Positions 39,919 through 49,032 of a stretch of DNA of 64,000 bases are shown here, piece by piece (position 1 is the first letter of the stretch; every line of letters starts with the position of its first letter). The notes under the pieces are model-generated. The model was not told the origin of the DNA. It made no database searches and was given only the letters and a program-made list of their open reading frames with translations. A program made the translations under genes and the position numbers. Location: contig CAVYTA010000007.1 in NCBI GenBank assembly GCA_963771355.1, positions 672,001 through 736,000 on the forward strand. Reading direction: 5' to 3'. Origin of the DNA: an uncultured Candidatus Rokubacteria bacterium. Lineage in GTDB: Bacteria > Methylomirabilota > Methylomirabilia > Rokubacteriales > CSP1-6.

Positions 39919-40896
39919 CTACTCGATCACCTGATCCGCCCGCGCCAGCACCGACGGCGGGATCGTCAGGCCGAGCGCCTTCGCGGTCTTGAGGTTGATC
40001 ACCAGCTCGAACTTGGTCGGCTGTTCTACGGGCAGGTCGGCGGGCTTTGCGCCCCTGAGAATGCGGTCGATGTACCCGGCGGCACGCCGCAGCATATCGA
40101 CGAGGCTCGCGCCGTACGCCATTAGGCCACCCGCCGTCACGAAGTCCGCGCTCTCGTAAATCGCGGGGAGACCGATCTCCGAGGCGAGCTGCGCGATGCG
40201 CCGGCGCTCCAGCCAAAACATCGGATGGGGATGGACAAGCAGCGCCTCCGGCCGCGCGGCGCGCGCTGCCGCGAGGGCAGCGCCGATCTCGCCCGGCTGC
40301 CGAGCGATGAAGAGCTGGATCCCCAGGCCGAGCCGGGCAGCTTCGCGCTCGATCTCCCGATGCTTTTGGGTTGCGAGGGCGGCAACTCTCCGGAGCCTCG
40401 GCACGGTGTCCTTGAGCAACTGAAGCCGCTTGCCCGTCAACTCGCCGGTTAGATGACTGAAGCCTGTGATGTTCCCGCCAGGCCGCGCCAGGCTCGCAAC
40501 CAGGCCGGCCTCCTCGGGATCGGCGACCGCGACGAACACCACCGACACCGTAGTGGTCACCTTCTTGAGAGCCTCGGCGAGCTCGTTCGAGGCGACTATG
40601 GCGACATCGACGTTCTGCCCGACCAGGTCCCTCGCCGCATGCAGCATCTCCTCGCCCCCGCTCACGGCGCAGCGCGGTACAACGACGTAGTTCTGCTCCT
40701 GGACGTACCCGAGCTCGCGGAGCCCGCCCCGCAGCGCGAGCACCGCGGGAGTAGGGGAATCGATGCCGCAGCCGGGCGGCAGGCCGGGGACGAGGAGTCC
40801 GATCCGCCAGACCTTCCCCGCCGGCTGCGCCTCGGCGGCGCGCGGCGCGGCGAGGAGACTACCTGGGATCATTGCCAGGAAGGTGCGGCGCTCCAT
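39919..40896 (-). CDS. Orphan ABC substrate-binding protein
   Basis: MERRTFL, SLARPGGNITG and ADQVIE* motifs. Confidence 0.9.
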   Translation of the reverse strand: MERRTFLAMIPGSLLAAPRAAEAQPAGKVWRIGLLVPGLPPGCGIDSPTPAVLALRGGLRELGYVQEQNYVVVPRCAVSGGEEMLHAARDLVGQNVDVAIVASNELAEALKKVTTTVSVVFVAVADPEEAGLVASLARPGGNITGFSHLTGELTGKRLQLLKDTVPRLRRVAALATQKHREIEREAARLGLGIQLFIARQPGEIGAALAAARAARPEALLVHPHPMFWLERRRIAQLASEIGLPAIYESADFVTAGGLMAYGASLVDMLRRAAGYIDRILRGAKPADLPVEQPTKFELVINLKTAKALGLTIPPSVLARADQVIE

Positions 40897-41037
40897 CACG
40901 GGTGCTCCCTCAGCTTCTCCAGTGCCGTCTCGAGCAGCCCCCGGATCTCCGCGTCGCGCTCCCGCCGGGCCGCGGTCTTCCGCTGGCGACTTCGGGCCGC
41001 CCGACACCGGCCGCTGCAGACCTCCTGGCCGCCATGC
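40896..41037 (-). repeat. Copy C of zinc-finger micro-ORF (5' truncated)
   Basis: HGGQEVCSGRCRAARSRQRKTAARRERDAEIRGLLETALEKLREHP*; TGATG overlap with the SBP start. Confidence 0.8.
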
Positions 41038-41192
41038 TAGCGCGCCCGCTGCGCCACGGCTAGCGCACCGGCGAGCGCCGAGGGGCCGGAGTCGCGCCTG
41101 CCTTTTGGTGGCGGCTCTGCCAGAACTCTACGATTAGCGGTCTGGCGCTCGCCGATCCAGCGGGGTTTTGGGGTAGACTCGGGGGAATACGC

Positions 41193-42455
41193 ATGATTGC
41201 AGTGTTCCTCGGCGGCGTCCTCCTCAGCGTCGTGATCCTTTTCGCCTTGGTCGTGTGGTCGATTCGCCGTCACCGCGACCCCGACCTGCACATCGAATGC
41301 GACTCACGCATCGATCAACTGATCCCCACGCTCGCGGGCTTGACGCTGGGGACGGCGGTCGCCGGCAACACGGCGGAGGTGCTCGAGAACGGCGCCTTCT
41401 TCGATGTGCTGATCGGCCGTATCCAGGCGGCGCGAGAATCCGTGCACTTCGAGACCTTCCTGTGGAAGGAGGGGACCCTGGGCCGTCGTGTCGCCGATGC
41501 TCTGATCGACCGAGCGCGGGCCCGAGTGAAGGTGCGGGTCCTGCTGGACGCCGAAGGCTCCAAGGGCGCCGGGACGAGTGTCGTGCAGCAGATGCGTGAC
41601 GCGGGCTGTCGCGTGGTGTTCTTCCACGACCGGAAGATTCGAAACATCGGCGTGTTCAACGACCGCGACCACCGGAAGCTGGTGGTCATCGACGGGCGCG
41701 AGGCCTTCGTGGGCGGCCACTGCATCGTGGACGAGTGGCTCGGCAATGCGGAAGACGGCAAGCACTATGCGGACATCAGCCTCCACTTGCACGGGCCCAT
41801 CGTGCACACCGTGCAAAGCGCCTTCAGCGAGAACTGGGCCGGCGAGACGGGCGAGCTCTTCGTGGGGGACGACGTCTTCCCGGCGTTGGCGCCGGCGGGC
41901 GACATCCTCATGCATGCCGTGTTCGCCAAGCCAGAGAACTCGGCGCCCGCGGTCAAGATCCTGCACCACACCGCGATCTGCCTGGCGCGCAGCCGCATCT
42001 GGATCCAGAATCCCTATTTCATCCCGGAGCCCGACGCCATCGATGCCTTCGGCGAGGCGGTGGCCCGCGGGGTGGACGTGCGAGTCCTGATGCCTTCGAC
42101 CAGCGGCTCGGACAACCCCATGGTCCAGCACGCCGGCCACCGGAACTTCGAAAAGCTGCTGCGTTGCGGCGTTCGCCTGTTCGAGTACCCGCACACCCTG
42201 CTGCACCAGAAGGTGATGACCGTCGACGGCGTCTGGAGCGCCATCGGCTCGAGCAACTTCGACGACCGCTCGTTCGAGACGAACGACGAACTCACCCTCT
42301 CAATCCGGGACGAGGCGCTAGGGCGGCGGTTCGACGCGATCTTCGAAAAGTATGTCGCGCGGGCGTCCGAGATCGAGCTCGAGCGGTGGCGCAAGCGGGC
42401 GCTGTCGCACAGGCTCACGGACCACTTCTTCTATGCGCTGAACGAACTTCTTTGA
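41193..42455 (+). CDS. Cardiolipin synthase-like phospholipase D
   Basis: Two HKD motifs (HRKLVVID, HQKVMTVD); NPYFIP and GSSNFD. Confidence 0.9.
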   Translation: MIAVFLGGVLLSVVILFALVVWSIRRHRDPDLHIECDSRIDQLIPTLAGLTLGTAVAGNTAEVLENGAFFDVLIGRIQAARESVHFETFLWKEGTLGRRVADALIDRARARVKVRVLLDAEGSKGAGTSVVQQMRDAGCRVVFFHDRKIRNIGVFNDRDHRKLVVIDGREAFVGGHCIVDEWLGNAEDGKHYADISLHLHGPIVHTVQSAFSENWAGETGELFVGDDVFPALAPAGDILMHAVFAKPENSAPAVKILHHTAICLARSRIWIQNPYFIPEPDAIDAFGEAVARGVDVRVLMPSTSGSDNPMVQHAGHRNFEKLLRCGVRLFEYPHTLLHQKVMTVDGVWSAIGSSNFDDRSFETNDELTLSIRDEALGRRFDAIFEKYVARASEIELERWRKRALSHRLTDHFFYALNELL

Positions 42456-42526
42456 CCGACACGAACATGCCGTCGCGATTGGCCGCGGTAGATAGTCACC
42501 GATCACCAGGAACGCGCGGCGGTCCA

Positions 42527-43498
42527 TCACTCGATCACCCGATCCGCTCGTAGCAAGAGCGACGGCGGGATCGTCAGGCCGAGCGCCTTGGCGGTCTTGA
42601 GGTTGATGACCAGCTCGAACTTCGTCGTCTGTTCCACGGGCAGGTCGCCCGGCTTCGCCCCCTTTAGAATTCTGTCGACATAGTAGGCGGCCCGCCGGAA
42701 CATGTCAGGAAAGCTCGGCCCATAGGCCATGAGACAACCATCGACTACAAAGGTGCGCTCTTGGCACACTGCCGGGAGCCGACCTTTCGCCATCAGCCTC
42801 AGGATCGTCGTCCGGTGAGCGGCAAAGAGCGGTGACGCCAGTTGGATGACCGCTTGGGCACGCTGCTGCCTGGCGGCTTCAAATGCTCGCTCCAGGTCCT
42901 GCTCCCCTCGCACCTCGAGGACTTGCAGGATGAGCCCCAACGATGGGGCTACCCGCTCGACAGCCTTGACTGCGTTTGGCCTGACCGAATCCCACAGCAC
43001 AGCCACGCGGCTGACCTCCGGAATAGCCTCCCTCAACAGTTGCAGTCGTTTGGTTACTAGCTCGGAGTCTTGAAAGGAAAGTCCGGTGAGGTTTCCGCCC
43101 GGACGCGCGAGGCTGGTGACGAAGCCCTGTTCAACCGGGTCCTCAACGATGGCCATGACAATGGGAATCACGCTGGTGGCGCGCTGAGCCGCACGGATCG
43201 CATGCGGACCCGAGGTCACAATGACGTCAGCCTTAAGCCCGACTAACTCAGCCGCAAGGCCGGGAAACCGCTCTGGCTTGCCCTCGCCCCATCGATACTC
43301 AATAGCGATGTTTTGGCCCTGCACGTACCCGCGTTCACGCAATCCTTCGCGAAATGCCGTGAGCCAGGAGGACATGAGGGAGGAGGTGGCGGTCCCGAGG
43401 AGACCTATAAGGGGAACCTTCCCCGCCGGCTGCGCCTCGGCGGCGAGCGGCGCAACAAGCAGCGCGGCAGCACCAGCCAGGAGCGCGCGGCGCTCCAT
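42527..43498 (-). CDS. Orphan ABC substrate-binding protein (array member 3)
   Basis: MERRALL, SLARPGGNLTG and ADRVIE* motifs. Confidence 0.9.
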   Translation of the reverse strand: MERRALLAGAAALLVAPLAAEAQPAGKVPLIGLLGTATSSLMSSWLTAFREGLRERGYVQGQNIAIEYRWGEGKPERFPGLAAELVGLKADVIVTSGPHAIRAAQRATSVIPIVMAIVEDPVEQGFVTSLARPGGNLTGLSFQDSELVTKRLQLLREAIPEVSRVAVLWDSVRPNAVKAVERVAPSLGLILQVLEVRGEQDLERAFEAARQQRAQAVIQLASPLFAAHRTTILRLMAKGRLPAVCQERTFVVDGCLMAYGPSFPDMFRRAAYYVDRILKGAKPGDLPVEQTTKFELVINLKTAKALGLTIPPSLLLRADRVIE

Positions 43499-44472
43499 CA
43501 CTCGATCACCTGATCCGCCCGGTGCAGGAGCGACTGCGGGATCTTGAGGCTGAGGACTTTGGCGGTCTTGAGGTTGATGACCAGCTCGAACTTGGTGGGC
43601 TGCTCGATGGGAAGGTCGGCGGGTGGCGCGCCCTTGAAGATTCTGTCCACGAAGCTCGCGGCGCGACGATAGTGGTCAGGATAGTTCACTCCGTAGACGA
43701 TCAACCCCCCGGCGAACTCCATGGATGCGTATATCGCCGGCAGGCGATGCTTTGCCGCAAGGTCAACGATGACCCGCTGATTCGCCTGCGTGAGGGAGTC
43801 AAGCCCCACCACGAGCACATCTGCACGCTGCCTGATCGCGCTGTCGAACGCCGGCCCCAAATCTTCAGGCTTTCGCACATCGAGAAGCTGAGGGTGGATC
43901 CGCAGGGATCGCGCCGACGTCTCGACCTCTCTCCACGACGGTGGGATGGACGGGTTGCTCATGTTGAAGAGGGCGGCGAGTCGTACGGCTCGCGGAACGA
44001 GTTCCTTGAGCAGGTCGACCCGTTTCGCGTATATGTCCGTTACCTGGGCGCTTAGCCCGGTGATATTCCCGCCCGGGCGCGCGAGGCTCGCGACGACGCC
44101 CTGCCCTACCGGATCGCCAATCCCCGCCATGACCACGGGAATCGTCGCCGTGGCATTCTTGGCCGCCAGGGCCGCTGGCGTCCCCCTCGTCACGATTAGG
44201 TCCACCTTCAACCGAACCAACTCCGCCGCCAGGCTCGGGTATCGCTCGTCGCGGCCGTCGGTCGATCGGTACTCGATGACGAAGCTTTTCCCCTCAACGT
44301 ATCCAAGGTCCCGCAGTCCCTGTCGGAAGCTATCGACGTTGGCGGCATTTATCGCCGTTGATGTCCTCTCGAGCATGCCGATGCGATAGAGCTTCTCTGG
44401 ATGCTGCGCCTCGGCGGTGCGCGGCGCGGCAATCAGCGCGGCAGCACCAGCCAGGAACGCGCGCCGGTCCAT
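43498..44472 (-). CDS. Orphan ABC substrate-binding protein (array member 2)
   Basis: MDRRAFL, SLARPGGNITG and ADQVIE* motifs. Confidence 0.9.
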   Translation of the reverse strand: MDRRAFLAGAAALIAAPRTAEAQHPEKLYRIGMLERTSTAINAANVDSFRQGLRDLGYVEGKSFVIEYRSTDGRDERYPSLAAELVRLKVDLIVTRGTPAALAAKNATATIPVVMAGIGDPVGQGVVASLARPGGNITGLSAQVTDIYAKRVDLLKELVPRAVRLAALFNMSNPSIPPSWREVETSARSLRIHPQLLDVRKPEDLGPAFDSAIRQRADVLVVGLDSLTQANQRVIVDLAAKHRLPAIYASMEFAGGLIVYGVNYPDHYRRAASFVDRIFKGAPPADLPIEQPTKFELVINLKTAKVLSLKIPQSLLHRADQVIE

Positions 44473-45455
44473 CACTCGATCACCTGATCCGCCCGCGTCA
44501 GCACTGACGGCGGGATCGTCAGGCCGAGGGCGTGAGCGGTGGCGTTGTTGACGACCAACTCGAAACGCGTGGGTTCTTCCACAGGAAGCTGGCTCGGCCG
44601 CGTGCCCTGCAGGAGCTTGCCCGCGTAGAGCGCGGCACGTTCGTACAGGTCCGGAACGTATGGCCCGTACGAGAGGAGGCCGCCCCCCCGGGCGAAGAAC
44701 CAATCCGCCGCCGCGGTGACGACCCGATGCCGCAAGGCAAACAGCGCGATGTCTGGCCTGACCGGCCCGATCAACTGCTCGAAGAGGAGTAGGCCGTCTG
44801 GACGCTCCTGGCCCATCGAGCCGAATGTCTTCTCAAGGTCCCGAGAGGACGTGATCCGAAGAGCAGAGAGCTGCACGCCGAGGGTTCGGGCGGCTCGTTC
44901 AAGACCCACGAACCGCTCCTGATGTAGCTCGATCGTCGGGCTCCAGAGCACGGCCACCCGTGCGAGCCGCGGATTGATCTCCTTGAGAAGCTCGAGGTGT
45001 TTGGCGGCGAGCTGCCCGAGGGGGACGCTCAAGCCTGTCACGTTTGCGCCCGGTCGACCGAGGCTGGCTACCAGTCCCTCGGCCACGGCGTCGGCGACGT
45101 TGACCATGACAATCGGCGTGCTCTTCGTGGCCTGGCGTGCGGCCTGCGTCGCCTCATTGCCAAACGCGACGATAACATCGACTTTTCGCTGAACGAGCTT
45201 TTTCGCCGCGTCCGAGAGGCGGCCGTAGCCAACACCGGCGCCGCTCATGTCTAGCGAGGCGTTCCGGCCGAAGACGTACCCGGCCCGCTCGAAACCTGCC
45301 AGAAACGCGCGGTCCCAGTCCATGACAGCATTTGGGAGGGTCGAGCAGTTGCCCGGGCACAGAAAGGCCACCTTCCCCGTCGGCTGCGCTTCGGCGGCAA
45401 GCGGAGCGGCGAGGAGAGTAGCTGAGGCCATCGCGAGAAAGGTGCGCCGCTCCAT
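44472..45455 (-). CDS. Orphan ABC substrate-binding protein (array member 1)
   Basis: MERRTFL, SLGRPGANVTG and ADQVIE* motifs. Confidence 0.9.
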   Translation of the reverse strand: MERRTFLAMASATLLAAPLAAEAQPTGKVAFLCPGNCSTLPNAVMDWDRAFLAGFERAGYVFGRNASLDMSGAGVGYGRLSDAAKKLVQRKVDVIVAFGNEATQAARQATKSTPIVMVNVADAVAEGLVASLGRPGANVTGLSVPLGQLAAKHLELLKEINPRLARVAVLWSPTIELHQERFVGLERAARTLGVQLSALRITSSRDLEKTFGSMGQERPDGLLLFEQLIGPVRPDIALFALRHRVVTAAADWFFARGGGLLSYGPYVPDLYERAALYAGKLLQGTRPSQLPVEEPTRFELVVNNATAHALGLTIPPSVLTRADQVIE

Positions 45456-45640
45456 CACGGGTCCTCCGTCAGCTTCTTGAGTGCCGCCTCGAGCAGCGCC
45501 CGGATCTCCGCATCCCGCTCCCGCCGGGTCTCGGCCTTCCGCTGCCGGCTCCGGGCCGCCCGACACCGGCCGCTGCAGACCTCCTGGCCGGCGTGGATCG
45601 GCACCTTCTGGCAGACGGGGCATAGCCGGGAGGCTAGCAT
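45455..45640 (-). CDS. Copy B (intact) of C4 zinc-finger/coiled-coil micro-protein, 61 aa
   Basis: MLASRLCPVCQKVPIHAGQEVCSGRCRAARSRQRKAETRRERDAEIRALLEAALKKLTEDP*; TGATG overlap with the SBP. Confidence 0.8.
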   Translation of the reverse strand: MLASRLCPVCQKVPIHAGQEVCSGRCRAARSRQRKAETRRERDAEIRALLEAALKKLTEDP

Positions 45641-45821
45641 GCCCCCTCTAGCAGGCGCACGTACGCCGTCCGGGCTCGCTCCAGGCGGAGTTCCCTCGGG
45701 CCAGGAGCCGACGGCACAGGGGTCGTGGGTGGACCGAGACGGGGACGAGAGTCCTCTGTCCCTCAGGGCGGGTGCGTGGCGGACGAGATCACGCCGACTG
45801 GATCAGGGTGCGAAAACTAAA

Positions 45822-46676
45822 TCAATCAACCAGGGCGCCACGCATAGCGGCTTCCTTGTATTCGAGGTGAGGAGCCGTATATCGGCGCACTTCCTTCAGG
45901 GCCCAGATCTCGGCGTCGCTTAGATCAGGGTGCCAGAGCTGAATCAACAAGACGATTCGAGCGGAATCGCTTTTGTTCCAAGCTTCGTGCTCGAATGAAT
46001 CGTCAAAGACCAGGCACCGGCCCTCCTGCCATCTCACCACTTCGCGTCCTACTCGTAGTTCAGATGCCGGTGTAACAACAAGCCCCAGATGACATGTCAA
46101 GCGTGTGTTCACAGGCCCGCAATGCGGTTTGATGTGAGATTCCGCGTCCAGCACCGAACAAAATATGTTCTCGCTGGGGCCCATAGGCATGCAGCTCTTG
46201 AGGAGGCTGGACGTGCTTGGGCAAACCCGATGAATCGCCTCTTGTTCCTCTCCTAAGACGTAGAAGTACTTGACTCGCCAGGTTCCGGCATCGGTAAGCT
46301 TTTGAGGATGCGGAATCAATCCCCCGCGTCCAATCATATCGAGCAGCTCATCTCGGATTTGCTGATATCCGTCTTCCAATCTCGCAATCCAGGGAATCTC
46401 TCGAGGATCATGAATGGGGAGCGCGCGTAGGCCGGGAAAGTAGCTCACCCGTGGTTTTTGCAGGGGGTGGACATGCGGAAACAGCCGCTTGTCGTAATGA
46501 CTGCGCAGATAAGAGTGCACACGGTCCAGGCTGGATGCCGGGATACCTTTCTGGGCGGCACGGCGCAACAGCCACAACCAAATAAAGTTAAATTTGAGCT
46601 GCTGACGTCGGCTCCGGGGAACGAGCTTGAGTCCGTAACGGGCGGATTGTTCTAGTATATTCACCGACCCCTCCAA
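45822..46676 (-). CDS. Aspartyl/asparaginyl beta-hydroxylase family 2OG-Fe(II) dioxygenase
   Basis: IKPHCGP.N.RLTCHLGL, W.EG..LVFDDSFEHEAWN and WHPDL motifs; AT-richer than flanks. Confidence 0.85.
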   Translation of the reverse strand: MEGSVNILEQSARYGLKLVPRSRRQQLKFNFIWLWLLRRAAQKGIPASSLDRVHSYLRSHYDKRLFPHVHPLQKPRVSYFPGLRALPIHDPREIPWIARLEDGYQQIRDELLDMIGRGGLIPHPQKLTDAGTWRVKYFYVLGEEQEAIHRVCPSTSSLLKSCMPMGPSENIFCSVLDAESHIKPHCGPVNTRLTCHLGLVVTPASELRVGREVVRWQEGRCLVFDDSFEHEAWNKSDSARIVLLIQLWHPDLSDAEIWALKEVRRYTAPHLEYKEAAMRGALVD

Positions 46677-46728
46677 TTAGGAGAAGAGGCAAAGATGTCT
46701 CGAATTATCGGGCCTCCGAGACCTCCCT

Positions 46729-46757
46729 GAGAACAACCAAGAGAACAACCAACAACC
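46729..46757. repeat. Tandem repeat GAGAACAACCAA x2 plus CAACC
   Basis: Read directly at 46729-46740 and 46741-46752. Confidence 0.8.
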
Positions 46758-46952
46758 GTAGAAGGGCCTTCACCTAGGGACGAAAAGGTATTCGCATTCA
46801 CGAACCGTGTCAAGGGCGAGGTTCCGCTTTAGGTGGCTGATTTTCAGGGGTCCGCGCGTCGATTCAGCGAAGGGAGCTGCGGGGTTACCGCGAGTGCTCG
46901 GCGGTGCCGTCGGCGAGGCTGCGACCCGTCGCCCGGTATTGCCCGACCTGAG

Positions 46953-47408
46953 CTAGTCGACTTTCGACACGTCGACGGTGCCGGCGATGGGCTGGCCGTC
47001 GACGAGCAACGCGTAGGGCCCGACCAGATCCGGACCCGTGCCCAGCACCGTGCCCAGCGAGAAGCCGCCCACGCCGCGGCGCTGCGCGGTCAGGGCCAGT
47101 CCCTCGGTCTTCGGATCGCCGAAGATCAGCTGGTCATTGGCGAGGGTCCCGGTGAACTCGCGCCGGACCGTGGGCAAGCCGAACCACGCGGCCGTCGCGG
47201 TGAGCCGATCGCCGCTGCCCCGGGCGATTTGCAGGGTGAATCTGGCGGAGACCCCGCCGCTGCGCCAGGAACCGGTCCAGCGCCCCACCAGGGCCGCCGC
47301 TTCGGGGCTGGTCGTGGTGAGGGGGACGGTGTGCGCGCAGCCGGAGGAGAGGGAGAGCGCAACGATCAGGGCCAGGTATCGAGCGGCGGTCGCGGACGAT
47401 CGCATCAT
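46953..47408 (-). CDS. Hypothetical lipoprotein
   Basis: Hydrophobic signal with LSSGC lipobox; LVGRWTGSW. Confidence 0.6.
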   Translation of the reverse strand: MMRSSATAARYLALIVALSLSSGCAHTVPLTTTSPEAAALVGRWTGSWRSGGVSARFTLQIARGSGDRLTATAAWFGLPTVRREFTGTLANDQLIFGDPKTEGLALTAQRRGVGGFSLGTVLGTGPDLVGPYALLVDGQPIAGTVDVSKVD

Positions 47409-47538
47409 AGGCTCCGATAGCATTCCTACCACGAGACGGCCCACGAGACAGCAAGGTGGGATCGGCGCCCTGCCGACGGCGCGGTGGCCGGCTATCGCTG
47501 GCCGGCGCCGACGAGGGCATCCGCTTCCATCTCGGGGC

Positions 47539-47640
47539 GTGGTAGGGTCCCGGAGATGCCCGATCTGCCGCACGGCTGCCGCCCGCCGGGAGGTATGCAG
47601 CGGCAACTGCCGGGCCGCCTGGAGCCGGCTTCGGAACGAG
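47539..47640 (+). repeat. Copy E (diverged) of zinc-finger micro-ORF
   Basis: VVGSRRCPICRTAAARREVCSGNCRAAWSRLR. Confidence 0.65.
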
Positions 47641-47762
47641 CCGCGTCAGCCTTGGCCTCACGCGTCGTCGATGCCAGCAACCGGAACTATGAGCGCGCCG
47701 AAGATTGCCGCCGAGCGCGATCGGGTGACTGAGGAACGTCCACACGCGGAGGAACGACTCTC

Positions 47763-47888
47763 ATGAACCCCCTTGACATGCCGGATCCGCCCGACTGGCC
47801 CTGGTATCTCGATCCGATGTTCTTGATCGCGGGCCTCATCATCGCGGTGGCGGCGTGGTGGGTGTGGTCGGGGCGAGCGCCAAGATAG
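47763..47888 (+). CDS. Possible 41-aa single-TM peptide
   Basis: GAGGA RBS; MNPLDMPDPPDWPWYLDPMFLIAGLIIAVAAWWVWSGRAPR. Confidence 0.4.
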   Translation: MNPLDMPDPPDWPWYLDPMFLIAGLIIAVAAWWVWSGRAPR

Positions 47889-47991
47889 CGCGAGAGATCC
47901 AGTTCGCCCGCGCAGTGGGCGCTACGCCTCGATTGGCCCGGCTTGTAGCATCATCCGCCTCCTCTGTTGTCGGAGGCCAGCGCACCCGACG

Positions 47992-49032
47992 CTAGCGCGG
48001 TGCGCCGGTGAGGGTGGCCAGGCGCTGCCGCCAGGCGGGCAGCGCGGCGGGGTTGCGCACGTAGAGCGGTGGCTCGCCGCGCAGGGCCCGCAGAACGTTG
48101 TCGGCCGCGGCCTCTACCATCCGGTCGTAGAGCGTCTGAGGATGGCCGATATTGTGCCCGGTGGCGATCACGCGCGGGTGAGTCCGTAGCGGGTTGTCGG
48201 CCGGCGTCGGCTCCTCCTCCCACACGTCCAGCCCCGCTCCCGCGATGCGGCCGTCGTCGAGCGCGCGACGCAGCGCCGCCTCGTCGACCAGGGGGCCGCG
48301 CGCAGTGTTCACGAGGTACGCGTCCGGCCGCATGAGGGCGAGCTCCCGCGCGCCGATCAGGTGATGGGTCTCCGCGGTGAGGGAGGCCTGGACGGAAACG
48401 ATATCGGACGACCGTAGCAGGGTATCCAGATCCACGAGGGTCACGCCCTGTTCCGCGGCGTCCGCGGGCTTCACGTAGGGGTCGTAGCAGAGGAGCCGGC
48501 AGTCCCAGCCCGCGAGCCGGCGCGCCAGGGCACGTCCCACATTGCCCAGGCCGATCATCCCGATGGTGGAGCCGGCCACCATCCGGCCCGCGTCCGCCAC
48601 GCCCCACCCGCCCCCGCGCAGAGCCGCGTGCTTGGCGGGGACTTCCTTGAGGAGCGCGGTGCTCAGCATCACGATGGCCTCGGCCACGCCGAGATAGTTG
48701 TCGGGCACCGCGCCGTAGCCCACGATCACCCCCGCCGCGGTGCAGGCGTCGAGGTCGATGGCCTCGGTGCCGATGTAGTAACAGCAGATCGTCTTCACGC
48801 GCGGCGCGCCCGCGATGACCTCGCGCGAGATCGCCTCGCCCGACCCGACCACGAGCGCGTCCGCGTCGCCGAAGTAGCGGGCGATCTCGTCCGCGGCGAA
48901 CCGGGTGGTGACCTTCGGGTCCGCCGCCGGCGGGCCGAGCCGGATCTCACAGCCGCCCCGCTCCAGCAGGCGGCTGATATCCGCGGCCCGCCCCAGCCGG
49001 CGCGAGACGTAGACAAGGGGCGGGGGAGTCAT
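47992..49032 (-). CDS. D-isomer-specific 2-hydroxyacid dehydrogenase
   Basis: GMIGLGNVG, LVNTARG and LDVWEEEP motifs; GHNIG with catalytic His. Confidence 0.9.
   Translation of the reverse strand: MTPPPLVYVSRRLGRAADISRLLERGGCEIRLGPPAADPKVTTRFAADEIARYFGDADALVVGSGEAISREVIAGAPRVKTICCYYIGTEAIDLDACTAAGVIVGYGAVPDNYLGVAEAIVMLSTALLKEVPAKHAALRGGGWGVADAGRMVAGSTIGMIGLGNVGRALARRLAGWDCRLLCYDPYVKPADAAEQGVTLVDLDTLLRSSDIVSVQASLTAETHHLIGARELALMRPDAYLVNTARGPLVDEAALRRALDDGRIAGAGLDVWEEEPTPADNPLRTHPRVIATGHNIGHPQTLYDRMVEAAADNVLRALRGEPPLYVRNPAALPAWRQRLATLTGAPR

Noticed and set aside
39919..45455. Diversity-generating retroelement behind SBP variation
   Set aside because: No reverse transcriptase, and no template/variable repeat pair with adenine-specific differences was seen.
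27074..47900. Intact prophage or ICE
   Set aside because: No structural, packaging, relaxase, T4SS or replication genes recognised, and no intact integrase.
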